A stretch of DNA of 62,919 nt, filler included, from 5 parts of 5 records of this genome joined end to end with filler, not necessarily neighbours in it, one strand, 5' to 3'; shown: positions 22,396 through 32,289, numbered from the whole stretch's first letter. Notes: generated from the letters alone by a model not told the origin. Translations and numbers: made by a program.

Positions 22396-23126
22396 CAGAG
22401 TTCATCCACAGTGCGCGGGTAGATGGACTGGAAGCCTTCGGCGTATTTTGCCGCCCGGCCGCCGGACTGTCCGCCAGAATTGCGCGCGAAATGATTGGCG
22501 CGGTTCTGGGCGACGTTTTCATAATAGTGCCAGAGGTGTTCCTGGCCTTCCATGCACTGGATGGCCGCCCATTTCTTGTCCCAGACGGGAGTGATGTCGA
22601 GGAAGGTATCGGGCTTCCATTCCATCTGTTCGGTCTGGTGCGGCTCGAACAAATAGACCTGCGGCGCGCCGAGAACCTTTTCGCCCGGATTGTGGCCCCA
22701 GGCCTGCGCGATGGCGCGGCATTCGAGCGTCCCCTGCGACACGTACATATGGTCGGTGTTATAGGGATCGTATTTGGAATGGGTCATCATGAAAGACGGC
22801 TGGACCTTGCGCATGACACCGACAAGGCGATCCTTGGCTTCGCGGGTCATCTCCAGCGGATAATCGCCAAGATCGAAGAATTCGATGTCGTGGACATCGA
22901 GCGCCCTGGCGGCGTTTTCCGCTTCGCGGCGGCGCTCGGACTTGACCACGTCAAGGGTCATGCCTTCCTTTTTCCAGAGCTTGGCGCTCTCGCCGCGTTC
23001 GCCATAGGACAGGCACACGACGGTGACGTCATAGCCGAGCGAGGCGTGCAGAGCGATGGCGCCACCGCATCGCCAGACAAAGTCTGCCGAGTGCGCGGAT
23101 ACGATAAGAGCTGTCTTGTTTGCCAT
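22395..23126 (-). CDS. galB: 4-oxalomesaconate hydratase (PIG-L/LmbE family, Zn)
   Basis: [36 protein letters not shown] and FEPHQ; translationally coupled to galC. Confidence 0.92.
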   Translation of the reverse strand: MANKTALIVSAHSADFVWRCGGAIALHASLGYDVTVVCLSYGERGESAKLWKKEGMTLDVVKSERRREAENAARALDVHDIEFFDLGDYPLEMTREAKDRLVGVMRKVQPSFMMTHSKYDPYNTDHMYVSQGTLECRAIAQAWGHNPGEKVLGAPQVYLFEPHQTEQMEWKPDTFLDITPVWDKKWAAIQCMEGQEHLWHYYENVAQNRANHFARNSGGQSGGRAAKYAEGFQSIYPRTVDEL

Positions 23127-23163
23127 TTAGGGTCTGTCCTTTGGGTCTTGGAGCGTCTGGGCG

Positions 23164-24126
23164 CTATTGATCTTTTTCCACGGGCGGCGTGCCGTGCGTG
23201 TGGAACGTTTCGATTGTCTTGAGGCCCCAGGCCTGTCCCTTCTTGCGGTCGGTTTCCGTCCAGACCACGGGCTTCCAGTCGGGCGCGAGGATCAGGCGGG
23301 CACCGGCATTGGCCAGTTCCACCCGATTGCCCGCGGGCTCCCAGACATAGAGAAAAAAGGTGCCCTGGATGGCGTGCTTGTGGGGGCCGGTTTCAATGTG
23401 CACGCCGTTTTCGAGGAAGATGTCGGCAGCGCGCAGAATGTCCTCGCGCTGGTCGGTGGCGTAGGTGACGTGATGGAAACGCCCCTGCCCACCGCCGTGT
23501 TCTTCGGTGCAGGCGAGGTCATAGGTCTTGTTGTTGACGGTGAACCAGCAACCGCCCAGCCTGCCATTGTCGAGCGCAATCATCTCGGTGACGCGACTGC
23601 CCAGACAGGTTTCCATGAAAGCACGGAATTCGGTGACGTCTTCTGCCAACAGATTGACATGGTCGAGCCGGCGCGGTGATGCGCCCTGGGCGTGATACCG
23701 GCTGGCAAGATTCTTGAGCGCCGAGGCGTCCTCTGGCGCAGGCTCATAGACCTTCGTATCCCAGTATATCTCGAAGACGTGCCCGAACGGATCCTCGAAC
23801 CTGAAAGCCTTGCCGTGACCGAGATCGCCTTCGACCCAGCCAATCGATTTGAACCGGCTGGCCTTTATGGCCGCCACGCGCCGCATGAGCGCCGCTTCGG
23901 ACGACGCGCGATAGGCGACATGGCCGATGCCCGTGGTTTCCGAGCGCGTCAGCTTGAGGGTGTGGAATTCATAGTCGTCCCAGGCGCGCAGGTAGACACT
24001 GTCTCCTTGGCGCCCGCTTTCCTTGAGCCCGTAGACCCGCGTGAAGAAATCCAGGCTCTCCTCGAAGCGATTGCTCAGGAGTTCAACGTGGCCCAGGTGG
24101 GCGATATCGTAGCAAGGCTCGGACAA
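23164..24126 (-). CDS. VOC-fold (type I) extradiol ring-cleavage dioxygenase, catechol 2,3-dioxygenase-like
   Basis: IAHLGHVEL; metal ligands in RLDHVN, RFHHVTY and GNRVEL; GPHKH and FLYVWEP; TTG start behind GGAG. Confidence 0.9.
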   Translation of the reverse strand: MSEPCYDIAHLGHVELLSNRFEESLDFFTRVYGLKESGRQGDSVYLRAWDDYEFHTLKLTRSETTGIGHVAYRASSEAALMRRVAAIKASRFKSIGWVEGDLGHGKAFRFEDPFGHVFEIYWDTKVYEPAPEDASALKNLASRYHAQGASPRRLDHVNLLAEDVTEFRAFMETCLGSRVTEMIALDNGRLGGCWFTVNNKTYDLACTEEHGGGQGRFHHVTYATDQREDILRAADIFLENGVHIETGPHKHAIQGTFFLYVWEPAGNRVELANAGARLILAPDWKPVVWTETDRKKGQAWGLKTIETFHTHGTPPVEKDQ

Positions 24127-24218
24127 AGCATCTCCAAGGCACCCGGGATTGGGCTCAAACACGGCCATACCGTAGTGGAGGAGACCGGGTTCAGACAAAT
24201 TGATTTCAAAGTCCATCC

Positions 24219-24235
24219 TATAAGCTTGCGCTATA
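24219..24235. promoter_or_regulatory. LysR-type T-N11-A box in the divergent dioxygenase/oxidoreductase promoter
   Basis: TATA-N9-TATA palindrome in an AT-rich intergenic stretch; candidate GalR site. Confidence 0.5.
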
Positions 24236-24347
24236 ATTAATTGCAAAAAGGGCGGGAGTGCGCATCTATCGATGTCGACAAGCTATGGATAATCCGGGAA
24301 ACAGAACCCCCAACCGCTATTGACTATGGCTATCGACAGGAGGAATC

Positions 24348-25223
24348 ATGACCAGCACGGACGGCAAGTTTGCCCTTGCGTTGAGCGGGTTCGGCGAAGC
24401 GGCATCGGCCTTTGCGTCGGGGTGGAACCGGGAAACGCTGCACTCACTTGGCGCATTCGACGAAAAGATCGATGTGGCGGGCGAACGCAAAGCGATCATC
24501 GATCGGTGCGGTCGTGACGCCGTTGCCTGTTGCAACACGCCGCGGGACGCCTATGCCGACGCGGACATCGTGGTCAGCCTCGTCTATGCGGACCGGGCGC
24601 TCGATGCGGCAAAAGACACTGCGCAATATCTGCGCGCGGGTACGCTCTATATCGACGGCAACTCATGTTCGCCCCAGACCAAGGCGCGCGCCGCGAGCGC
24701 TCTGGAGCCGGGCGGCACCGACTATATCGACATGGCCATCATGGCGCCGGTTCATCCCAAAAAGGAAAAGACGCCGGTTTTGCTGGCCGGTCCAAAAGCT
24801 GAACAGGCAGCAGCCATTCTTGCAGAGATGGGAATGACGCCGCGCGTCGTGGGAGATCGCGTCGGTCAGGCATCGGCCATCAAGCTCACCCGTTCAGTGA
24901 TGATAAAGGGCATGGAAGCCGTCGTGGCCGAGTGCTTTCTGGCGGCGCGGCTGGGTGGCGTCGAAGATGAAGTCCTTGCTTCGCTCGAGGCCAGCGACCC
25001 CGATATCGACTGGCAGAAAAAGCGCGCCTATACGATGGATCGCATGACGGTCCATGGGCGTCGCCGGGCCGCCGAGATGGTGGAAGCGGCCAATATGGTG
25101 GCCGAACTGGGCCTGCCCGACGACATGGCGCGGGCCACTGCAAAATGGGAGCGACTTCTGGGCGATCTGCCGGTGGAGTCGGACTCGGTAGACGAGGTGC
25201 TTGCGGCTTTGGGCAAGATCTAA
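24348..25223 (+). CDS. NAD(P)-dependent oxidoreductase (beta-hydroxyacid dehydrogenase fold with DUF1932-like C-terminus)
   Basis: GFGEAA Rossmann motif, DGNSCSPQTK, DMAIMAPV, IKLTRSVMIKG and HGRRRAAEM; AGGAGG RBS. Confidence 0.88.
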   Translation: MTSTDGKFALALSGFGEAASAFASGWNRETLHSLGAFDEKIDVAGERKAIIDRCGRDAVACCNTPRDAYADADIVVSLVYADRALDAAKDTAQYLRAGTLYIDGNSCSPQTKARAASALEPGGTDYIDMAIMAPVHPKKEKTPVLLAGPKAEQAAAILAEMGMTPRVVGDRVGQASAIKLTRSVMIKGMEAVVAECFLAARLGGVEDEVLASLEASDPDIDWQKKRAYTMDRMTVHGRRRAAEMVEAANMVAELGLPDDMARATAKWERLLGDLPVESDSVDEVLAALGKI

Positions 25224-25341
25224 CGTTCCGCTTCGGGGATCTTGACCGGCCGGTTTGCCCGATCGCGGCCCGCATGCTCTATCTGAGCTACACTGCGAAA
25301 AGCTGCCAAGCGGCGCAATCGGCGGTGCCGGAGGAGGAAAT

Positions 25342-27132
25342 ATGAGCTTTACCACCCGACCCGAACTTTCCGGGACTTTCGGCATGGTGGCTTCGACGCA
25401 CTGGATCGCATCGGCCACCGGAATGTCGATACTCGAAAAGGGCGGCAATGCCTATGACGCCGCCGTTGCCACGGCGTTCGTCCTCCATGTGGTCGAGCCG
25501 CACCTCAACGGTCCGTTGGGCGATCTGGTGGGGATGATCTGGCCACGGGGGGACGACCGGCCTACTGCCGTTTGCGGCCAGGGCACTGCGCCGGCGGGGG
25601 CGACCATCGCGCATTACCGGTCCGAGGGACTTGAACTCGTTCCGGGATCGGGGCTGCTGGCCACAGTCATCCCGGGGGCGTTCGATGCGCTTATGCTGTT
25701 GCTGCGCGACTGCGGCACGATGGGGCTGGAGGATGTCCTCGCCCCCGCCATTGGGTACGCCGGAAACGGCCACCCGATGTTACCGCAGGTGGCCAGTTCG
25801 ATCGCGGGCACCGCCGATTTCTTCCGTAACGAGTGGCCGAGTTCGGCGGCAGTCTGGTTGCCGGGTGGGGCAGCGCCCAAGGCGGGCGAGCGCTTCGCCA
25901 ATCCCGACCTTGCCAGCACCTGGACCCGCCTTTTGGCGGAAACGGCTTCCATCATGGAGCGAAGCGAACGGATCGAAGCGGCGCGGGCCTGCTTTTACCG
26001 CGGGTTTGTTGCCGAGGCGATCGAGACCTATCTGGACGATGCCTGTGTGATGGACGCGACCGGAGAGCGGCGCAAGGGCGTACTCACGGCGCAGGACATG
26101 GCCGGCTGGCAAGCCAGTTTCGAGCCGGCGATTGCCGGAACCTATGGCCAATGGTCCATCTGGAAGTGCGGGCCATGGACGCAGGGGCCGGCGCTGCTGC
26201 AGGCGCTCAACATGCTCGAGGGCACCGGAATCGCCGACGCCGATCCCCGCGGGCCGGAATTTGTGCATTGGGTCACCGAAGCGCTCAAACTGACGTTCGC
26301 GGATCGGGAGGCCTATTACGGCGACCCTGACCATTTCAACATTCCGCTTTCCACGCTGATCTCGAAAGACTACGCAGCGCAGCGGCGGGCACAGATCGAG
26401 TCCACCGCATCGCTCGACATGCGCCCCGGACACATCGATGGATATCAAGCGCTGGCGCGCGCGGCCATCGAGCGCAGCAGCATGGCCACAATTGCCGGTG
26501 AAGGGCCGGGGGTGGGGGAGCCGACCATGGCCCACCTGACCTCCCGCCGGGGCGATACCGTTCACTTCGATATCGTCGATCGCTGGGGAAACATGATTTC
26601 GGCGACGCCGTCGGGCGGCTGGCTGCAATCTTCGCCGATCATCCCGGGACTGGGCATGCCGCTCAACAGTCGCGCCCAGATGTTCTGGCTTGCCGAGGGA
26701 CTGCCAACGTCCCTGGCGCCGGGCCGGCGGCCGCGCACCACGCTTACGCCCTCGATGGCATTGGCACCCGATGGGCGGCGCATGGCGTTTGGCACGCCCG
26801 GCGGAGACCAGCAGGACCAGTGGCAATTGAGCTTTTTTTTGCGGCTGGCCGATCACGGGATGAATATGCAGGAAGCGATCGATGCGCCGCTGTTTCATAC
26901 AGGGCATCTGCAGGCCTCCTTTTATCCACGCCAATTCAAGCGCGGGCACCTGTTGGTCGAACCCGCTTTCGGGGAAGAGGCCATAGGCGCTCTCAGGGCA
27001 AAGGGCCACAGGATCGAGGTTTCAGCGCCCTGGACGGCGGGGCGTCTTACCGCTGTCAGCCAGGACATCGGCGGGATTTTCAGGGGAGCGGCAACACCCC
27101 GGCTGATGCAGGCGTATGCAATCGGCAGATGA
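25342..27132 (+). CDS. Gamma-glutamyltransferase-family (Ntn) amidohydrolase
   Basis: GGNAYDAAVA, GDTVH (autocleavage Thr), RPRTTLTPS and GTPGGDQQ; GGAGG RBS. Confidence 0.92.
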   Translation: MSFTTRPELSGTFGMVASTHWIASATGMSILEKGGNAYDAAVATAFVLHVVEPHLNGPLGDLVGMIWPRGDDRPTAVCGQGTAPAGATIAHYRSEGLELVPGSGLLATVIPGAFDALMLLLRDCGTMGLEDVLAPAIGYAGNGHPMLPQVASSIAGTADFFRNEWPSSAAVWLPGGAAPKAGERFANPDLASTWTRLLAETASIMERSERIEAARACFYRGFVAEAIETYLDDACVMDATGERRKGVLTAQDMAGWQASFEPAIAGTYGQWSIWKCGPWTQGPALLQALNMLEGTGIADADPRGPEFVHWVTEALKLTFADREAYYGDPDHFNIPLSTLISKDYAAQRRAQIESTASLDMRPGHIDGYQALARAAIERSSMATIAGEGPGVGEPTMAHLTSRRGDTVHFDIVDRWGNMISATPSGGWLQSSPIIPGLGMPLNSRAQMFWLAEGLPTSLAPGRRPRTTLTPSMALAPDGRRMAFGTPGGDQQDQWQLSFFLRLADHGMNMQEAIDAPLFHTGHLQASFYPRQFKRGHLLVEPAFGEEAIGALRAKGHRIEVSAPWTAGRLTAVSQDIGGIFRGAATPRLMQAYAIGR

Positions 27133-27302
27133 ATTCTGTTCATTGATCCATGAGATCAAAGAAATTTTATAATGAATGGGCCCGTGGCAGTCTGACGCAG
27201 TCCGCCGAGGAGGATGGACCTGTCTTCCGGGCACAGCCCGGGATGTGCAGAATTTCAGATCGATACGTGCCCCGCCCCGCGGCCGGGCACCGGGAGGAAG
27301 AT

Positions 27303-28394
27303 ATGAAAGCACACACACTTGGCCGCAAGGCCCTGAGCGCTCTTGCGATTGGCCTGATGGCGACGATCGCCCTGCCCGCCACCGCTCAGGATCTTTCGGG
27401 AAAGACCGTCGAGTTCGTCATCCCGTTCGCTGAATCGGGGGGCTCGGCTGCCTGGGCCAACTTCTTTGCACCGCTGCTGCGCGAACATTTGCCGGGCAAC
27501 CCCACGACCGTGGTTCGCTATCGTCCCGGCGCGGGATCGACGGCGGGCGCCAACTGGTTCCAGGAACAGACAACCAATGACGGCACGCTGATCTTTGGCT
27601 CGTCGGGTTCAACCCAGTTCCCATACCTCCTGGGCGATCCGCGCGTGCGTTATGAATATCGCGACTGGCAGCCGGTCCTTGCCTCGGGCACCGGTGGCGT
27701 CGTCTATCTGCCGCCCGATCTGGGCGAGCGTTTCGATGGCGATTTCGACGACCTGCAGGACGAGTTCTATATCTACGGCTCGCAAGGCGCGACAACGCTC
27801 GACCTCGTGCCCCTTCTCTCGTTCAAGATGCTCGGGCTCGATGTGGAGCCGGTGTTCGGCGTCGAAGGGCGGGGCGATGGACGGCTGATGTTCGAGCGTG
27901 GCGAAGCCAACATCGATTATCAAACCTCGTCGGCCTATATCCAGAGCGTCGAACCGCTCATCGAGCAGGGGCTCGCCGTGCCAGCGTTTACCTTTGGCGC
28001 CCTCGATGACGCCGGCAATATCGTCCGCGACCCGACCTTTCCTGATCTTCCCAGCTTCAAGGAAGTCTGCGAGGCGACGGCGGCCTGCGAAACATCGGGC
28101 GTGGCCTGGGACGCGTGGAAGGCCTTCTTCGTTGCCGGCTTTGCCGCCCAGAAGATGGTGTTCCTGCCCGGCACAGCGTCCGACGAGGTGGTCGAAATGT
28201 ACTATGCCGCCTTTGAAGAAATGACGGCCCGTGAAGACTTCGCCGAACTGGCAGAAGCCGAACTCGGTGTCTATCCGCAGCTCACGCGCACTGCCGGCCA
28301 TGGCGCTTATGAAGCGGCGATCTCGGTGCCTGAAGAAGCCAAGCAATATGTGCTCGACTGGCTCGCCGAGGACTATGGCGTGACCATGGAATAA
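27303..28394 (+). CDS. Tripartite tricarboxylate transporter substrate-binding protein (TctC/Bug-like)
   Basis: Signal peptide; VIPF..GG, PGAGS and FERGEANID; upstream of a TctA-family permease. Confidence 0.85.
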   Translation: MKAHTLGRKALSALAIGLMATIALPATAQDLSGKTVEFVIPFAESGGSAAWANFFAPLLREHLPGNPTTVVRYRPGAGSTAGANWFQEQTTNDGTLIFGSSGSTQFPYLLGDPRVRYEYRDWQPVLASGTGGVVYLPPDLGERFDGDFDDLQDEFYIYGSQGATTLDLVPLLSFKMLGLDVEPVFGVEGRGDGRLMFERGEANIDYQTSSAYIQSVEPLIEQGLAVPAFTFGALDDAGNIVRDPTFPDLPSFKEVCEATAACETSGVAWDAWKAFFVAGFAAQKMVFLPGTASDEVVEMYYAAFEEMTAREDFAELAEAELGVYPQLTRTAGHGAYEAAISVPEEAKQYVLDWLAEDYGVTME

Positions 28395-28400
28395 GTCACT

Positions 28401-28427
28401 GGGCTTCCGGGGGATACCCGGGAGCCC
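28401..28427 (+). other. Intra-operon stem-loop after the binding-protein gene
   Basis: GGGCTTCCGGG-ggata-CCCGGGAGCCC; typical mRNA-stabilising or attenuating hairpin position. Confidence 0.6.
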
Positions 28428-28464
28428 GTTTGCCCTCGCATAGCAGCGACGACAAGAGGCCGCC

Positions 28465-30480
28465 ATGGAAATGTTCTCAACCGCGTTGCCCCAGCTTGGC
28501 GATGCGCTCGCTCTCGTTCTTCAGCCCCAGCAGCTCATGTTCATGCTGGCGGGCGTTCTTTTGGGCCTTTCGGTCGGAGTGCTTCCCGGTCTGGGCGGCA
28601 TTGCCGGGCTTTCGCTGGTGCTTCCCTTCGTTTACGGCATGGACCCGGTATCGGGTCTGGCGCTGATGGTAGGGCTGGTCGCGGTCATTCCCACCTCCGA
28701 CACGTTTTCATCGGTGCTCATGGGGATCCCGGGCTCGTCGGCATCCCAGGCCACGGTTCTTGACGGGTTTCCACTGGCAAAAAAGGGTGAGGCGACAAGG
28801 GCGCTATCGGCCGCTTTCGTATCGTCGCTGTTTGGCGGGCTGTTCGGCGCGTTGATCCTTACGTTCTTCATCTTCATCGCCCGGCCCATCGTCTTGAGCT
28901 TCGGGCTGCCCGAAATGATGATGATGACGTTTCTCGGCATGTCCATGGTTGCCATTCTTGCCGGCCGTGTGCCCCTCAAGGGCGTCGTTGCAGGCGGGCT
29001 GGGGCTGATGGCGGGAACAATCGGCGCCGCGGGCGCAGGCGGCAGCCTGCGCATGACGACCTACGACATCCCCTATCTCGTCGACGGGCTCCAATTGGTG
29101 ATCGTCGGGCTGGGCATCTACGCCATTCCCGAAATCGTTTCGCTGCTGCGGCAAGACAGGGCCATTTCGAAGTCGGGAACGCTCGGCGCGGGCTGGATGA
29201 CTGGGCTGCATGACTGGTGGATCAATCGCTGGCTTTCACTGCGGACGGCGACCATCGGGGTGTTGATCGGGGTGATCCCCGGGCTCGGCGGTTCGGTTGT
29301 CGACTGGATTGCCTATGGCCATGCCGTCCAGAGCTCGAAAAATCGCGAGAATTTCGGCAAGGGCGATATTCGCGGCGTCATTGCGCCGGAATCCTCCAAC
29401 AACGCCAAGGAAGGCGGCGGGCTGGTTCCCACGCTGATGTTCGGCATTCCCGGTTCCGGCTCGATGGCGGTCTTCCTTGGGGGACTGGCGCTTCTGGGGC
29501 TTTCGCCCGGTCCGCACATGGTGCGTCAGGACCTCAACATCACCTATACGATCGTGTGGTCGCTCGCCATTGCCAACGTTATGGGCACGGCGCTGTGTAT
29601 TGTCGCTTCGCGCCAGATCGCACGACTGACCACGATCCGCTTCACGCTGCTTGCCCCGTTCCTCCTGCTCATCATCACATTCGCTGCGTTTCAGGCGCAA
29701 CAATCGATCGGCGATCTGATTACGCTGGTCGTTATCGGCGTTCTGGGCATTCTCCTGCGCCGGTTCGACTATTCGCGTCCGGCCTTCCTGATCGGTTTCG
29801 TTCTGGCCCATCAGGCCGAGAACTTTACCAACTCGGCGATCCAGATTGCCGGTGCGCGGTTCCGGCGCGATCTGGAAACCGGGTTTGAGTATATCTTCAC
29901 GCCGATCACCATCACCCTGCTGGTGATCACCCTGGCCTCGATCTTTATCGGGATCAGGCAGTCCAAGAACATCCGGGAGAACCTCGAAACACCGACCGGT
30001 ACAAAGCGGGCGCCTCTGATCTTCCTCCTGGCGATCACTGCATACCTGGCCGTAGCCGTGGCCGACGCCTGGTCGATTTCACGCCTGGGCGACAAGATTT
30101 TCCCGCTGGTGGTCGGTTCGGTCACGCTTTTGGCCAGCATTGCGCTTCTCATCCGGATGCGGCTCAAGCCCGAGAGCGATGACGTGTTCATCGACTACGA
30201 ACTGGGCCAGGACGACGGCAGCGCACCACATGGGTTGTGGCGGACGCTTGGCTGGTTCCTCGGGCTGCTGGTCCTTACGGGACTGTTCGGGTTCATCATT
30301 GGGCTTGCGTTCTTCCTGCCCCTGTTTTTCCGGGTCCGGGCCCGTGTGAGCTGGATAAAGACCATCCTGCTTTCGGTAGGCGGCATCGGGTTCATCCTCG
30401 CCCTGGCCTATATTCTGGGCCGCGACTTCCCGGGCGGCGCGCTGCAAGCCTTTACCAACTTTCCGTGGCCCTTCAGATGA
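28465..30480 (+). CDS. TctA-family permease with fused C-terminal TctB-like domain
   Basis: Repeated GVLPGLG / GVIPGLGG, APESSNNA and FGIPGS; ~170-aa hydrophobic C-terminal extension containing a FP...G TctB-like motif. Confidence 0.88.
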   Translation: MEMFSTALPQLGDALALVLQPQQLMFMLAGVLLGLSVGVLPGLGGIAGLSLVLPFVYGMDPVSGLALMVGLVAVIPTSDTFSSVLMGIPGSSASQATVLDGFPLAKKGEATRALSAAFVSSLFGGLFGALILTFFIFIARPIVLSFGLPEMMMMTFLGMSMVAILAGRVPLKGVVAGGLGLMAGTIGAAGAGGSLRMTTYDIPYLVDGLQLVIVGLGIYAIPEIVSLLRQDRAISKSGTLGAGWMTGLHDWWINRWLSLRTATIGVLIGVIPGLGGSVVDWIAYGHAVQSSKNRENFGKGDIRGVIAPESSNNAKEGGGLVPTLMFGIPGSGSMAVFLGGLALLGLSPGPHMVRQDLNITYTIVWSLAIANVMGTALCIVASRQIARLTTIRFTLLAPFLLLIITFAAFQAQQSIGDLITLVVIGVLGILLRRFDYSRPAFLIGFVLAHQAENFTNSAIQIAGARFRRDLETGFEYIFTPITITLLVITLASIFIGIRQSKNIRENLETPTGTKRAPLIFLLAITAYLAVAVADAWSISRLGDKIFPLVVGSVTLLASIALLIRMRLKPESDDVFIDYELGQDDGSAPHGLWRTLGWFLGLLVLTGLFGFIIGLAFFLPLFFRVRARVSWIKTILLSVGGIGFILALAYILGRDFPGGALQAFTNFPWPFR

Positions 30481-30623
30481 TCGGTAACGCCACGCGCTGA
30501 ACCGGGAGAGGCGGGAACGCGTCCGCCTCCTCCTTGCAACACCAAACCTTTCGGGACGGAACGCTGCCTGGCGCGGCGCGCAGACCCGAGCCCTGTTTAC
30601 GCCCAAGCCAGAGTGAGCAATCG

Positions 30624-32282
30624 ATGAGCACCCCCAAGACCTATGAAGTTCTCGCAAGGGCTTTCGCGCAGGAGCAGGTCGATACCTGCTTTGCCTTGCT
30701 GGGCGATGCGAACATGAATTGGGGGACGGCGCTGGCCGGGCTTGGCACGCGCATGATTTATGTCCGCCATGAACATTGCGCCGTGGCCGCGGCCATGGCG
30801 TACGCGCGCAAGAGCGGCAAGACGGGCGTTGCCACAGTGACGTGCGGACCGGGGTTGACCCAACTGATGACGGCCCTGCCCGCCGCCGTGCGGGCCAATC
30901 TGCCGCTTGTCATATTTGCCGGGGAAGCGCCGCTGAAATCGGGATGGTACAATCAAGGAATCGACCAGGCGCCGTTCATTCGCGCGACCGGCGCCACCTA
31001 CCACTCGCTGCACCACATTCCACGGATGCCCGAAGCCATTCGCGATGCGTTCCTGGAAGCGCGGATGACCCAAAAGCCGGTCGTACTGGGTATTCCCTTC
31101 GATCTGCAGGATCGCGACTGGCCCGGTGACGTCGCTCTCCCGGCTCCCTCCGCTCACTTGGTGCCCGATGTCGGGCCCGTGCCACCGCATCCGGACGACA
31201 TCGCTCGCGCCGCTATGGCGGTAGGCAACAGCAGGAAAATCGTGGTGATGGCCGGCGTGGGGGCCGTCATGGCCGGTGCGGGCGGGGCGTGCAGGCGACT
31301 TGCCGAGAAATGCGACGGGCTGCTGGCGACGACCCTGCCGGCGCGCGGGTTGTTTCACGACGATCCTTATTGTTTCGGCGTTGCCGGCGGCTTTTCGACC
31401 GAAATCGGTCGCGAGCTGATGGAAGAGGCCGACCTCGTCATTGCCGTGGGCACTATACTGGCCCACCACAATGCCGACGGCGGCAAGCTGTTCGGCAATG
31501 CCCATGTGCTCCAGATCGACATCGAGCCTATTGCCGTGAGCCAGGGGCGGGTGGCGGCGCACAGTCATGTCCGCGCCGATGCACGGCTGGGGGTGGAAGC
31601 TTTGGCCGAGGCGATCGAAATGCGGGTCGGCCAGTGGCGGACAGAGGAAACAGCGCGGCTTATCCGCGAAACGCCGGCCGATTCCGAACCGTTCACGATT
31701 GAGGATGGAGTTCTCGATCCCCGCGTCGTTGTGGATGCTCTTGAAACCCACCTGCCCAGCGACTGGGAGATGGTCAACTCATCGGGCCATTGTTCGTATT
31801 TTTTTGCGCAGATGCCCTCGCGCCCGCAGCACCGGTTCCTGACCATTCGCGAGTTCGGAGCGATCGGCAACGGCATCTCGTTTGCCATGGGGGTGGCTGC
31901 CGCACGCCCCAACGATACGGTTGTGCTGTTTGATGGCGACGGCAGCCTGATGATGCACATCCAGGAGATCGAAACCATTGCGCGGCACGGCCTCAATATC
32001 CTCATCTGCATTCTCAATGATGGGGCCTATGGCTCGGAAATTCACAAACTTCGCGCCGAAGGGCTTTCCGATGACGGCGCTGTCTTCGGGCGGCCCGACT
32101 TCGCCTCAATCGCCAGGGGTTTCGGCATTGGCGGGCAGACGGTTACCGATCTCGCCACCCTTCCCGACCTGATCGAAGATTTCCGCAAGACGGGTGGGGC
32201 AGCAATCTGGGATTTTCCGATTTCCGATCAGGTGATCTCGCCGGTCATCAGGCGGGCCCATCCACCGCACGCCCACACCTGA
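30624..32282 (+). CDS. Thiamine diphosphate-dependent enzyme (decarboxylase/ALS-like, substrate unknown)
   Basis: VRHE, TCGPG and the GDGS-(x)n-ND ThDP-binding motif. Confidence 0.9.
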   Translation: MSTPKTYEVLARAFAQEQVDTCFALLGDANMNWGTALAGLGTRMIYVRHEHCAVAAAMAYARKSGKTGVATVTCGPGLTQLMTALPAAVRANLPLVIFAGEAPLKSGWYNQGIDQAPFIRATGATYHSLHHIPRMPEAIRDAFLEARMTQKPVVLGIPFDLQDRDWPGDVALPAPSAHLVPDVGPVPPHPDDIARAAMAVGNSRKIVVMAGVGAVMAGAGGACRRLAEKCDGLLATTLPARGLFHDDPYCFGVAGGFSTEIGRELMEEADLVIAVGTILAHHNADGGKLFGNAHVLQIDIEPIAVSQGRVAAHSHVRADARLGVEALAEAIEMRVGQWRTEETARLIRETPADSEPFTIEDGVLDPRVVVDALETHLPSDWEMVNSSGHCSYFFAQMPSRPQHRFLTIREFGAIGNGISFAMGVAAARPNDTVVLFDGDGSLMMHIQEIETIARHGLNILICILNDGAYGSEIHKLRAEGLSDDGAVFGRPDFASIARGFGIGGQTVTDLATLPDLIEDFRKTGGAAIWDFPISDQVISPVIRRAHPPHAHT

Positions 32283-32289
32283 AGGCGCG

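Noticed and set aside
30624-32282. Biosynthetic acetolactate synthase (ilvB/ilvI)
   Set aside because: Lacks the GYPGG and DAFQE motifs and an ilvH/ilvC context; the neighbourhood is catabolic.
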